DNA of 64,000 bases from Acidobacteriota bacterium. GTDB taxonomy: Bacteria > Acidobacteriota > Vicinamibacteria > Vicinamibacterales > UBA8438. How positions within the stretch are numbered: the first letter of the stretch is position 1; each line of letters begins with the position of its first letter. The stretch lies in assembly GCA_015659035.1 (NCBI GenBank), contig DQNS01000112.1, positions 598 through 64,597 on the forward strand, in the 5' to 3' direction. Below are positions 1-9,598 of the stretch, one piece after another. The notes beneath the pieces were generated by a model. It did not search any database and was not told the origin of the DNA. It saw nothing but the letters and a program-made list of their open reading frames with translations. The translations under genes were made by a program, and so were the position numbers.

Positions 1-1
1 C

Positions 2-514
2 CAGTTCCAGCGTGCCGTCGCGCACCATATCTACATCGACCAGGCGATTCGTGCCCGCGACGACGGCGCGCCGCTGGCAGCGTTCACCGCCTACGACATC
101 GGCGAGGCGCCGATCGTGCCGGGCGACCTCCTGTGCAGCGCGCGGCGACCCGCCTACCGCTCGATCGCCGAACGACGCCGCCAGATGGGGGACGGCGCTC
201 GAACCCATTGCGATATCGTGGTGAAGGTGGACGCGTCGCGCGACCGGATCCTCGCCATCGGCGGCAATGTGCGTGGCTCGGTTGGTCTGAAGCTGATGCA
301 GGCCGTGCGCGAGCCGGACGTCGGGTTGCGTCCCGAGGGGGGTCGGCGCAGGCTATTCGCCCACCTGAAGCTACGCGCCGAGCCGATCGAGCCGGATGCG
401 CTCGACACCAGTCCGACGATGCAGGCGGTGGTCTGCGCCGACCGGTTCCGGGCGCCCGCGCAGCTTGCCGCGGCGAACGTCGTGACCTCCGGCACCAGCG
501 CCGCCCGCTGCTGA
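2..514 (+). CDS. DUF2272-like (CHAP-like) protein, C-terminal part; 5' end lies outside the window
   Basis: The frame is open from base 2 (QFQRAVAHHIYIDQAIRARDDGAPLAAF...) into track ORF 116..514. The motif THCDIVVKVD...ILAIGGNVRGSVGLK resembles DUF2272 C-termini as I remember them. Confidence 0.5.
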   Translation, partial: QFQRAVAHHIYIDQAIRARDDGAPLAAFTAYDIGEAPIVPGDLLCSARRPAYRSIAERRRQMGDGARTHCDIVVKVDASRDRILAIGGNVRGSVGLKLMQAVREPDVGLRPEGGRRRLFAHLKLRAEPIEPDALDTSPTMQAVVCADRFRAPAQLAAANVVTSGTSAARC

Positions 515-661
515 GTCGGTAGGAGGAATCCGAACAGTCAAGCCGCCGCGGCTGAAGCGCACAACGTTGGGGTCCGCGCAAGAATAAGTTCCAGGTCATC
601 AGAAGTGCGGACCGAGACGGTTTCGACTACGATTCAAGAGCGTTACAACCCGAGGGAATTC

Positions 662-1150
662 ATGAAGTCACTTCAGTTCGGTCTCGTCGTCGTGCTCGTT
701 CTGGCCGTCTCTGGTGCGGTCGCTGCTCAGCCAGCCCGCAGCAAGGTTGACCCTGAGGACAACGCCCGACGGATCGTCACCATCCGGGGCTGCCTGGACG
801 GCACGCTCCTCACCGAGACCGACATCCCGGACCGGCCCGTGCTCTTTGCGCCGCGAACCATGGCCGCTGATCGCTTTCGGGTCGTCGGTGACGACGAGCT
901 CATCGAAGAACTGCTCGAGCACTCAGGCCACGAAGTCGACGTCATCGGCACGCTCCTCGATGAGACCGGTTCGACTCGGCGGGCTGGCCTCGAGCGGCGC
1001 ATCGGCACACGGACCCGTGTTTGGGTTGGTGGCGGAAGTCGTCCTTTGGTTCCTCGGAATCCAATCCAGGAACCAGACCTGGATGCTGCCGAGCTCCCGA
1101 AGCTGGAGATCAGAGCGGTCATACACGTGGCGACCAGATGTACCGCTTGA
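662..1150 (+). CDS. hypothetical exported protein
   Basis: Internal ATG of track ORF 605..1150 gives MKSLQFGLVVVLVLAVSGAVAAQP, a classic signal peptide. No recognisable domain. Confidence 0.6.
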   Translation: MKSLQFGLVVVLVLAVSGAVAAQPARSKVDPEDNARRIVTIRGCLDGTLLTETDIPDRPVLFAPRTMAADRFRVVGDDELIEELLEHSGHEVDVIGTLLDETGSTRRAGLERRIGTRTRVWVGGGSRPLVPRNPIQEPDLDAAELPKLEIRAVIHVATRCTA

Positions 1151-2406
1151 CGGGACTCCCTCTGATGGCCACGGCCGCGGTCATGGCGGCCGTCGGTCTT
1201 GCGGCGCTCATCCCTCACGCGCCGATACGGGCCGAGACGCAGACACGCAACAGCCTCAGCCTCCACGTCGAGGAGACCACCGGGATCCGTCGTACCCGCT
1301 ACCCTGTCAACGCGCAGGTCCCGTTCCCGCCGGGGGCCCTGGCCCGGGCCGACCAGGTCAGGTTGCTGGGTGACGACGAGGAGATACCGGCCCAGTTCTC
1401 GGCCGGCTCGCGCTGGCCCGACGGGTCGGTGCAGTGGCTGAGGGTCGACTTCAACGCCAGCATCGGGCCGGAAGAGACACGATCGTATCGGGTCGAGTAC
1501 GGGCCGGGGGTGAGTGCCGGGGCCGGACCGGGTCGCGGGCTGGCGCTCGTCGAGGATGCCGACGCGATCCAGGTCGGCCGTGTCCGGTTCAGCAAGACCG
1601 CCGCGCCGTTGCTCGCCTCGGTCAGCTATCGAGGTGAGGTCATCGGGTCGGGCCGCAACGGATTCGCCGTCGAGGACACGGACGGCACGGTCTACGAGCT
1701 GGGCGGAGACACCGGTGTGACGTTCGAGATAGTCAGGGGCGGCCCCATCTACGTCGAGCTTCGGTACTCAGGCCGAGTGTCGCTTGCAGACGGTGCCGAG
1801 GTGCCGTTTGTCGTAGTCGTCGAGATGCCGAACAGCAAGTCGTGGGTGAAGGTGACGGCGTCGGTCGACGACCCCGCCCGGCGGCTGCGGCAACTGTCGT
1901 TTCACAGCCCGCTCACGTTGGGCCCGCGCCCGTGGGTGTGGGACTTCGGCACGGACCGCTGGACATACGGATCGCTGCGGAACGAGGAGGCATCCGTGGT
2001 CCTGACGAACGAGGTGGAGGTGGGCGGAGCGACCGGATGGCGTGTCGAAACCGGTCCGAAGGGCCAGGAGCGACCGTACGAAACGACCGGGTCCACCCGG
2101 CCGGTCGTCGCCGGCTGGGGACATCTGCAGGGCGAGACGGAGGTCGTCGCCTTCGCGATGGACCGCTTCGCCAGTGCGCCCGGAACCTACCGCATCGCGC
2201 TCGACGGCGTGGGGCAGGCGTCGTTCCACGTGGCCCCGGCGGCACCCCTCACCAGGCACGTGTTGACGGTCTATCAGCACTTCGTCGGCACCCCGGTCCA
2301 GATCGGCGCGGCGACAAGCCCACCGTCTATGTTGCATCCGCTGGTGGCGCGCGTTGATCAGGCGCACTACGTCGCGAGCGGACTCGAGCCTCCGGCAGAC
2401 CGCTAG
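1138..2406 (+). CDS. hypothetical exported protein
   Basis: Internal ATG of ORF 1021..2406 gives MYRLTGLPLMATAAVMAAVGLAALIPHAPIRA (signal peptide). It is a long open frame that overlaps the upstream gene by 13 nt. Confidence 0.6.
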   Translation: MYRLTGLPLMATAAVMAAVGLAALIPHAPIRAETQTRNSLSLHVEETTGIRRTRYPVNAQVPFPPGALARADQVRLLGDDEEIPAQFSAGSRWPDGSVQWLRVDFNASIGPEETRSYRVEYGPGVSAGAGPGRGLALVEDADAIQVGRVRFSKTAAPLLASVSYRGEVIGSGRNGFAVEDTDGTVYELGGDTGVTFEIVRGGPIYVELRYSGRVSLADGAEVPFVVVVEMPNSKSWVKVTASVDDPARRLRQLSFHSPLTLGPRPWVWDFGTDRWTYGSLRNEEASVVLTNEVEVGGATGWRVETGPKGQERPYETTGSTRPVVAGWGHLQGETEVVAFAMDRFASAPGTYRIALDGVGQASFHVAPAAPLTRHVLTVYQHFVGTPVQIGAATSPPSMLHPLVARVDQAHYVASGLEPPADR

Positions 2407-2525
2407 CAGTTGCGACCCTGTTTCCGTTTCGTGGACCGCCCGCCTCGCGCCGGTCTCGATGATATAGTCGAGCCACGCTGTCGTTCGGCTGGCGGTGTCG
2501 GCAAGGAACGAGAGGGAGGTCTCAG

Positions 2526-3488
2526 ATGCGCGAACGATTCTTTTCGGCGCTCGTGACCGTCGTCGCCGTCGTGCTGCTGCTGCCGGCCGCGGCGGCGAGT
2601 CAGACACCAACAGACAGCGGGGCACCGCCGCGCACAGCTTGGGGGGACCCCGACCTGAACGGCACCTGGTCGTATGCGTCGCTCACCCCGTTGCAGCGAC
2701 CCACGTCGATGGCCGACAAGGAGTTCTTCACGCCCGAGGAAGCGGCCGAGCGGAACTATGCGGTGACCTTGGATCAGCCGCCCCGAACGGGTGACGTCGG
2801 GTCCTACAACGCGCTCTGGTTCGATCGGGGGGAGGTCAGCTCAGACCGGCGCACGTCGCTCATCGTGGATCCGCCCGACGGCAGGCTCCCGGTGAAGCCG
2901 GAAACACAAGAGCAGGCGGCGGCGCAGCGGGACTATCGACGCGCGCACCCGGGTGACTCCTGGCTGGACCGCAGCAACTGGGACCGGTGCATCACGTATC
3001 ACGGTGTGCCGCCGATCTCCACGGGGTACAACAACACCTATCAGATCCTGCAGACCGCCGACTACGTGGCGATTCGGGTCGAGAATATCCACGACGTGCG
3101 CATCATCCCGCTCGATGGACGCGCGCAGCTCGACGACGGGGTCCGCCAATGGAACGGCGACTCACGCGGTCACTGGGAGGGCGACACGCTGGTGGTCGAG
3201 ACCGCGAACTTCAGCGACCAGACGGTGCACCGGTTCCCGTCATCGAGAAACACCAAGGCGGTCGAGCGCTTCAGGGTCGTCAGCAAGGATCGCATCGACT
3301 ACCAGTTCACCATCGAGGACGCGACGGTCTACACCAGCCCCTGGACCGCCGTTCGTCCGATGCCGCGGCTCGACGACTACATCATGTACGAGTACGCGTG
3401 TCATGAGGGCAACTACGCCATGACGAACATCCTGACCGTCGAGCGCGCCACGGAGCGGGACGCGTCAGCCGGGACCGGATCGCGGTAG
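2526..3488 (+). CDS. hypothetical exported protein
   Basis: Track ORF. The N-terminus MRERFFSALVTVVAVVLLLPAAAASQ is a signal peptide, and GGAGG lies a few nt upstream of the ATG. Confidence 0.7.
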   Translation: MRERFFSALVTVVAVVLLLPAAAASQTPTDSGAPPRTAWGDPDLNGTWSYASLTPLQRPTSMADKEFFTPEEAAERNYAVTLDQPPRTGDVGSYNALWFDRGEVSSDRRTSLIVDPPDGRLPVKPETQEQAAAQRDYRRAHPGDSWLDRSNWDRCITYHGVPPISTGYNNTYQILQTADYVAIRVENIHDVRIIPLDGRAQLDDGVRQWNGDSRGHWEGDTLVVETANFSDQTVHRFPSSRNTKAVERFRVVSKDRIDYQFTIEDATVYTSPWTAVRPMPRLDDYIMYEYACHEGNYAMTNILTVERATERDASAGTGSR

Positions 3489-3550
3489 GGCGCGACGACG
3501 CCCGTCGCCAAGGTGGCGCACCAGCACCTCTCCGAACACACAGCGGGCTG

Positions 3551-4636
3551 CTAGCGTCCGGCCGGTCGTTCGAGGCCGAGGGCGTCGCGGACGTCGGCGG
3601 AGGCCTGCTCGAGCAGGTCGCCGAGCTCGATCCCCGTCGAGTCGGCAATGCGGACCATGCGCTCGAAGTTCGAGGCGACGCCGGCCGCGTCGACCATCGC
3701 CTCGGGGCCGAGGGCCTCGACCACCGCGGCGCGCGACTGCGCAAGGGTCTGGGCGCCGGTCACGATCGCCTCGGCGAACGCGACGAGCTCGGCACCGTGC
3801 GCCACCCCGCTCTCGAGGTTGTGGTCGGCCAGCGCCTCGACGTCGGCGGGCTCGCCGGTCAGCTCGCTGCTCGCCCGGAGCAGCCAGGCATGGGCGCTGG
3901 TTCAATAGAAGCAGTCGTTGAGCACCGAGACCCGTCCTGCGATTAGCTCCATCTGCGGGCGACTCAGCGCTCCCTGGGACGCGCTCGGATCGCGGACCTG
4001 CACATTCGGGAGGTAGTGGACCGCGCTCAGATCGTTCAAGGTCCACACCTCGTCCGGGACAAGGCTCATCGCGCGGATCACATTGCCGGTCCTGCCGGCC
4101 GGCCAGAGGTCGGCCTCGGGCGTTCCCGCGTTGTCGGCCGGCACCATCGGGACCCACGCCTCGTCGGGACCGGCGCTCGCAGGGCGGTAGCGGCGCGTCT
4201 CCCCGGGGAGCGGCGCGGGGAGCGGGTGCTCGGGCACCCCGATGCCGCGGCAGAACCGGTCGATGCTGACCAGGGCCACGACCGTGCCGATAATCTCGAC
4301 ATACTGCCCGTCGCTCAAGCCGTCGGCGAGGCGGGCTTCGTACCACTTCCGGGTGAGCCGTCCGGGGTCGGTCATCACCGCGTGGATGACCTCGACCGCG
4401 GCCGGGGGCAGGTCGGTCGCGGTGGTGTGGTTGCCGCAGACGGTGTGGGGCGAGAGCGCGGCCTTGCGCTCCCGGCAGTACGGACAGTCGCGGGCCGCCC
4501 GCGCCTCGCGCGCGATGGCGACGCGCTCGGCGCCGGTCCACCATGTCCCGCGCGCGGCGAGCCGGTCCCAGAACCGTTGATGGCTCTCGGCGAACCCTGT
4601 CCGGACCGGCGCCGGGACCTGTTCGTAGGTGATCAT
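3551..4636 (-). CDS. two-domain AhpD/carboxymuconolactone-decarboxylase (CMD) family protein, predicted selenoprotein (UGA at 3902..3904 read as Sec, CxxU)
   Basis: Track ORFs 3902..4636 and 3551..3805 are in the same frame and separated by a single TGA. Read-through gives ...RVSVLNDCFY-U-TSAHAWLL..., which matches the family CxxCxxxH motif. There is an upstream second CxxC (DCPYCRERK), 116 open codons follow the UGA, and a hairpin sits 17 nt downstream. Confidence 0.65.
3866..3904 (-). other. candidate Sec codon (3902..3904) plus SECIS-like hairpin (3866..3884)
   Basis: The mRNA reads UGA, then 17 nt, then GCUGCUC CGGGC GAGCAGC (7-bp GC stem, 5-nt G-rich loop). It is in the same size class as the hairpin after the fdnG Sec codon. 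Confidence 0.5.
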
Positions 4637-4684
4637 CGGTTTCCTCGCATCAGCGAATCCAACACGACCGGAAGGGCAGGTGCT

Positions 4685-6691
4685 TCACGGGAGCGCCAGG
4701 GCAATGAGCTCGGGCACGTCGCCACCTACCGTCAGGGCGATGTACTGCGTGCCTGCATGCATGTAGGTCATCGGCGTGCCGATGGCGCCGGCCGGGAGAT
4801 CCACCGACCCGACGATCTCGCCGGTCGCCTTGTCGCGGGCGATGAGGCGTGGGCCACCATCGGTACCGCCCGCGGTGAGCGCGCTGATGAGCAGCGTGCT
4901 GGTCAGAACCGGGCCGCCGAGTCCCTCGCCACCGAGCGGCGGCAGCTCCAGGTCGCGCAGCATCGGGTGGTTCCTGTAGCGGTCGCCAGCGCCGTTCGGT
5001 TGCATCCAGGCATGGTCGCCGGCGTTGAGGTCAATTGCGGTGATCCGCGAGTACGGCGGTTTGAACAGCGGCAGCCCCCGGGGCATGAGCGGCGTGGTGT
5101 CGAAGCCGCCCTGGGTGAACCGCAGGTTGCCGCCCTCCGCCGGGTCCGGCGTGATGTACTTCATCACCGAGAACGCGTTGACCGACGGCACGTACAGCAG
5201 ACCGGTCTCGGGGTCGACCGCCGAGCCCGGCCAGTTCGCGCCGCCGCCAATCGCCGGCCGCTGGATCGTGCCCTGGAGCCCGCCGTCCGCCGACAGCATC
5301 GGTGGGGTGAACAGGCCGCCGAGCCGGTGGTTTCGCACCGCCTCGACCGCCAGCGCGCGGATCTCGGGGGTGAAGTCGACCAGTTGATCGATCGACGCGC
5401 CTTGGTCCTCGAACGGTGGAGGCTTGGTCGGGAACGGCTGGGTCGGCGACAGGACGTCCCCCTCGAGGTCAGTGTCGGTCTCGACGGGGCGCTCCTCGAT
5501 CGGCCACACGGGGTCGCCGGTCGCCCGGTCGAAGACGTAGGTGAACCCCTGCTTGCTGACCTGCGCAAGCGCCTTGATCTCGCGTCCGTCGACCGTGATG
5601 TCGATCAGGTTGGGATGGGTCGGGAAGTCGTAGTCCCACACGCCGTGGTGCACCGCCTGGAAATGCCAGATGCGCTCGCCCGTTTCGATGTCGAGCGCGA
5701 CCAGGCTTTCGGCGAACAGGTTATCGCCCAGCCGGTGCCCGCCGTAGTAGTCGCTTGTAGGGGTGCCGGTCGGTACATAGATGTAGCCAAGCTCGTCATC
5801 GACGGCGAATGTCGACCAGGCGTTGGTGTTGCCCGAGTAGCGCCAGGACTCGTTCTGCCAGCTGTCGGAGCCGAAATCATCGGCCTGCGGGACCGTGCGG
5901 AAGGTCCACTTCGTGTCGCCGGTTCGCACGTCGATGCCCTTGACCCACCCGGGCGGCGCCTCCTTCGTGACCGGGAGATCGGAGATCACCGTCGGCGTCA
6001 CGACGACGTCGTGAGCGACGATCGGCGCTGACGCGACGCCGAGCCAGCTGTAGCCGAGCCGGTCGGTCGTGCCGCGTGTGGCGCGCGGAATGCCCTCGGT
6101 CAGGTCGACCCGACCGTTGTCGCCGAAGCTGCGCACCGGCTGGCCGGTCCCCGCATCGACCGCCAGCAGATACCCGTCGTTTGTGCCGTAGAGGATGCGC
6201 GCCTCGTCGCCGTCGGACCAGTAGGCGAGCCCGCGCGTGTTGTAGCTGAGGACACTGGCGTGCGGATACGGCGCGGCCAGGTAGGCCTGTGGGTCGTAGA
6301 CCCAGAGCACCTCGCCGGTGCCGGCGTCGAGGGCGGCCGACAGGGCGAGCGGTGTCGAGACATAGACCACGCCGCCGACCATCAAGGGGGTGGTCTTGAA
6401 GTTGCGGAGACCGATCTCGGGGTGGCGCTCGCGGAGGGCGTCCAGGTCGAGGGCGCCGTCCGCCGACTCCCATCGCCAGGCGATCGCGAGATCCGAGAAA
6501 TTCGACGCGTCGATCTGGTCGAGCGCCGAGTATTTCGTACCGCCGAGGTCGCCGGCGTAGGTAGGCCACTCGCCGTCGGTCGCCCCGTACTGGGCGCGGG
6601 CCGCACTAGGCCAGAGCAAGACAGCCACCGCTAGAAGGGCCAAGAGGGGGCGTGTCAGCCGACGCGTTATGAGCACCTCCAGAACAAGCAT
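4685..6691 (-). CDS. PQQ-dependent dehydrogenase (quinoprotein, beta-propeller), exported
   Basis: Internal ATG of ORF 4685..7408 gives MLVLEVLITRRLTRPLLALLAVAVLLWPSAARAQ (signal peptide). The sequence that follows, YGATDGEWPTYAGDLGGTKYSALDQI...AIAWRW, is typical of soluble quinoprotein glucose/alcohol dehydrogenases. Confidence 0.8.
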   Translation of the reverse strand: MLVLEVLITRRLTRPLLALLAVAVLLWPSAARAQYGATDGEWPTYAGDLGGTKYSALDQIDASNFSDLAIAWRWESADGALDLDALRERHPEIGLRNFKTTPLMVGGVVYVSTPLALSAALDAGTGEVLWVYDPQAYLAAPYPHASVLSYNTRGLAYWSDGDEARILYGTNDGYLLAVDAGTGQPVRSFGDNGRVDLTEGIPRATRGTTDRLGYSWLGVASAPIVAHDVVVTPTVISDLPVTKEAPPGWVKGIDVRTGDTKWTFRTVPQADDFGSDSWQNESWRYSGNTNAWSTFAVDDELGYIYVPTGTPTSDYYGGHRLGDNLFAESLVALDIETGERIWHFQAVHHGVWDYDFPTHPNLIDITVDGREIKALAQVSKQGFTYVFDRATGDPVWPIEERPVETDTDLEGDVLSPTQPFPTKPPPFEDQGASIDQLVDFTPEIRALAVEAVRNHRLGGLFTPPMLSADGGLQGTIQRPAIGGGANWPGSAVDPETGLLYVPSVNAFSVMKYITPDPAEGGNLRFTQGGFDTTPLMPRGLPLFKPPYSRITAIDLNAGDHAWMQPNGAGDRYRNHPMLRDLELPPLGGEGLGGPVLTSTLLISALTAGGTDGGPRLIARDKATGEIVGSVDLPAGAIGTPMTYMHAGTQYIALTVGGDVPELIALALP

Positions 6692-6841
6692 GACTCCTCT
6701 TTCGGTTTCGTGGGCACTGCCGAGTCGATCGTAAATGGGAGGCCCGTCGATTATACCGGCTGGAGGCTCCCGTCCGGTTTTGATACGATTCGGCAGAACC
6801 CGATCTTGTCCCTGCGATCTGGAGCAGGGGAAAGGGAAGCC

Positions 6842-8200
6842 ATGCGATCGATTTGCGTACTCGCCGCGGGGCTGTTGGTCGGTCTGGCGTCCAGCGCCAC
6901 CGCCGGCGCGGCCGAGGAGGCGCCGACGTTCACCAAGGACGTCGCGCCGATCCTGTTCGACAACTGCGTCGTCTGCCACCGTGTGGGCGAGGTGGCCCCG
7001 ATGGCGCTCACCTCGTATCAGGCGGTCCGCCCCTGGGCGCGCGCGATCAAAGACAAGGTGGTCAGCCGGGAGATGCCGCCCTGGCACGCCGACCCCGAGG
7101 CCTCGCTCGACTTCCGGAACGACCGTCGGCTGAGTCAGGCCGACGTGGACACCATTGCCGCGTGGGTCGATGGGGGCGCGCCGGAAGGCAACCCGACAGA
7201 GTTGCCGGCCCTCCCACCGATCCCGACCGGCTGGCAGATTCGCGACCTCGGCGAGCCGGATGCGGTCATCCGGATGCCGGTGGCGGAGGAGATCCCGGCG
7301 TCTGGCGAGCTCCCCATGACGAACTACTACATCCCGGTACCGTGGGACGAGCCGAGATACGCCCAGGCGCTCGAGTCGAAGCCGGGTAACCGCGTGGCCA
7401 CGCATCACACCGTGGCATACATCCGCCCCGGTCTGCCGCCTGGCACACGGCTGAACGAGAAGGGGCTCGCCGTGCGCGACCCGTCAATCGCGGTGGACCG
7501 GAACGCCTCGTTCGAGTTCGCGCAGCGGTCGGTAAAGCTGACCGGCTACGCCCCGGGCAAGGGGTATAAGCGCTATCCGAAGGGTGCCGGTCGTGTGCTG
7601 CGGCCGGACTGGTATTTCACCTTGAACCAGCACTACCAGCCGACCGGCAAGCCGGAGACTGACCAGTCGGAACTTGGCATCTGGTTCCATGACGACCCGA
7701 TCGACACCGACGTCCGGGAGATCGTCGCCAGTGACGGCATCGCGGTCGTCGAGGGCCGCGAGCTCGTGGCCGAGCCGGGTCAGCGGCGGCCGGTCGTGCC
7801 GAGTATTCCACCGTATGCCGACGACTGGAAGATCGTCGCCATGAAGGTGTTCCCCGAGGACACCACGATCTTCTCGCTCTCGCCCCACGCCCATCTACGG
7901 GGCAAGCGGTTCACCTACACGCTCGTGCGTCCGGACGGCACCGAGCAGACACTGCTCACGGTGCCGCAGTATGACTTCAACTGGCAGACCTTCTACGAGT
8001 TGACCGAGCCGATGGTCTTCCCCGCCGGCTCGAAGCTCGTGACCGTTGGCTACTACGACAACTCGGTGAAGAACCGCTACAACCCGGCGCCAGACAAAGA
8101 GGTCTACTGGGCCGAGCAGAGCTGGGACGAGATGTTCAACCCGTTCTTCGAGTACGGCGTCGCAGCGGAGACGGTGACGAAGGGCAGCACCAACGACTGA
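6842..8200 (+). CDS. exported cytochrome c domain protein with a C-terminal domain resembling copper monooxygenase (PHM/DBH-like) folds
   Basis: MRSICVLAAGLLVGLASSATAGAAEE is a signal peptide. There is one haem motif, CVVCH, within FTKDVAPILFDNCVVCHRVGEVAPMAL...MPPWHADP. The C-terminal HHTV...SPHAHLRGK...DFNWQ pattern supports the second domain, but that assignment comes from memory only. Confidence 0.7.
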   Translation: MRSICVLAAGLLVGLASSATAGAAEEAPTFTKDVAPILFDNCVVCHRVGEVAPMALTSYQAVRPWARAIKDKVVSREMPPWHADPEASLDFRNDRRLSQADVDTIAAWVDGGAPEGNPTELPALPPIPTGWQIRDLGEPDAVIRMPVAEEIPASGELPMTNYYIPVPWDEPRYAQALESKPGNRVATHHTVAYIRPGLPPGTRLNEKGLAVRDPSIAVDRNASFEFAQRSVKLTGYAPGKGYKRYPKGAGRVLRPDWYFTLNQHYQPTGKPETDQSELGIWFHDDPIDTDVREIVASDGIAVVEGRELVAEPGQRRPVVPSIPPYADDWKIVAMKVFPEDTTIFSLSPHAHLRGKRFTYTLVRPDGTEQTLLTVPQYDFNWQTFYELTEPMVFPAGSKLVTVGYYDNSVKNRYNPAPDKEVYWAEQSWDEMFNPFFEYGVAAETVTKGSTND

Positions 8201-8213
8201 CGTTCCCTTCACG

Positions 8214-8837
8214 TTGCTCGTCGCTGTTTCCCTGTTGCCGGCGGCCGCCACCGCCGGACAGGTCCTCGAACACCGGGTCGTCATCATCACCCCTGACGCC
8301 GCCGACGCGCGGGTGACGCAGACACGCGAGGCGGTCGCGTTCTGGAACCACACGTTGTCGGACCTCGAGCTCGGAGTCCGGCTTCGCGAGGCGGAGCTCA
8401 TCATCGCGTCCCCGGACAGTCGAGCGCTGGAAAACTATGCCCGGCAAGTGTCGCAACGGGGCGGTCGGCTCCCGCGGGGCGCGGCCGGACCAGAGCCGCC
8501 CAGAGAGCTGACCGACCTCCAGGCGGACGTTGTCGTCCTGCTGTCCCGCCAGCCATTGATGCCGTTTGCCTGGCCCCTGCCCAGCTCGGCCGGCTCGCCC
8601 GGCTACTTTGTTGCGATCCGGACCGCCGAGCCGCAGCGCCCGGGCGACCACAAGGTCTTGAGGAACGTCATCGCCCACGAGCTGGGTCATACCCTTGGGC
8701 TCACCCACAACCGCGCCACGGCCACGCTCATGTGCGGCCCCTGCTCGTCGGCGGCTGCCGAAGACAACCCACAGGAGTGGCTTCCCCTGACCGCGTCTGA
8801 CAGGGCGCGCTTGCGCGCCCTGCACGCGGCGCAATAG
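8214..8837 (+). CDS. metzincin-type zinc metalloprotease (HExxHxxGxxH)
   Basis: The track ORF contains VIAHELGHTLGLTHN. The start (TTG at 8214) is uncertain and the N-terminal signal is weak. Confidence 0.65.
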   Translation: MLVAVSLLPAAATAGQVLEHRVVIITPDAADARVTQTREAVAFWNHTLSDLELGVRLREAELIIASPDSRALENYARQVSQRGGRLPRGAAGPEPPRELTDLQADVVVLLSRQPLMPFAWPLPSSAGSPGYFVAIRTAEPQRPGDHKVLRNVIAHELGHTLGLTHNRATATLMCGPCSSAAAEDNPQEWLPLTASDRARLRALHAAQ

Positions 8838-8887
8838 ATCGGTCTCGACTCAATCCGTGCTGGTTGCTGAGGGCGCGCTCCGGCTTT

Positions 8888-8920
8888 TCTCCCTCTGGGA
8901 GAGGGCCGGGGTGAGGGTCT
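8888..8920. repeat. REP-like hairpin element between convergent genes
   Basis: The sequence is TCTCCCTCTGGGAGAGGGCCGGGGTGAGGGTCT, with stem CCCTCT/AGAGGG. It resembles a palindromic intergenic element I have seen in other bacteria. It probably also acts as a terminator. Confidence 0.45.
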
Positions 8921-8925
8921 AGCCG

Positions 8926-9417
8926 CTAGGGATTGCGTGCGACCGGTGCTGCCACACCGACGCCGTGCTGATAGACGAGTCGCCCGCCAAGCTCCGCGGT
9001 GTTCGTCAGCAGCACCAGTCCGGCGAGACCGGCGACCGCGAGGCCGACCGTGCTGGTCCGGCGTGGAACCCCGGCCGCGAGTTGGAGCCCCACTCGACCG
9101 GCCGTCAGGAGCCCGAAATACCAGACACACCAGAGCGCCCAGTCCCAGTGCCGGGCCACGATTGCCTGAGCCATCCCCGGGGTGTAGACCTCAGGCGCCG
9201 CGCTGCGTCCGGTGAGGAAGGCGGCGACGAGTGTCACGGTGCCCGCAATGTAGAGCCCGGTCGAAACCCTCACAACGGTTGAAGGATCCCGTCGCAGCAT
9301 CGCGACCAGATCGGCCACCGCCGCCGTCACCAGCAAGCCGATTGGCAGATGCACGATGAGCGCGTGCGGGTTGGGAGCCCAGCCGGCGAACTCTGTCATC
9401 CAGTCTTCCTGGGTCAA
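8926..9417 (-). CDS. DUF2231-like integral membrane protein
   Basis: The track ORF has four hydrophobic segments. The N-terminal HLPIGLL motif is as in DUF2231 proteins (from memory). Confidence 0.6.
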   Translation of the reverse strand: MTQEDWMTEFAGWAPNPHALIVHLPIGLLVTAAVADLVAMLRRDPSTVVRVSTGLYIAGTVTLVAAFLTGRSAAPEVYTPGMAQAIVARHWDWALWCVWYFGLLTAGRVGLQLAAGVPRRTSTVGLAVAGLAGLVLLTNTAELGGRLVYQHGVGVAAPVARNP

Positions 9418-9598
9418 GACGCGAGTGGCTCACCTCGCAGATATCGGACGACGTCGACGGAGTCGATACCGAGAGATGTGTTCCTCCGCACCGTTTCAGC
9501 TTCTTGCAGCGGGTCCATAGTACCGGAAACGGCTGGTACCAGACACGCTCTTGACACCCCCTTTGCCTCGGCGATAATCGTCGGAGGCCTTGAAAACT

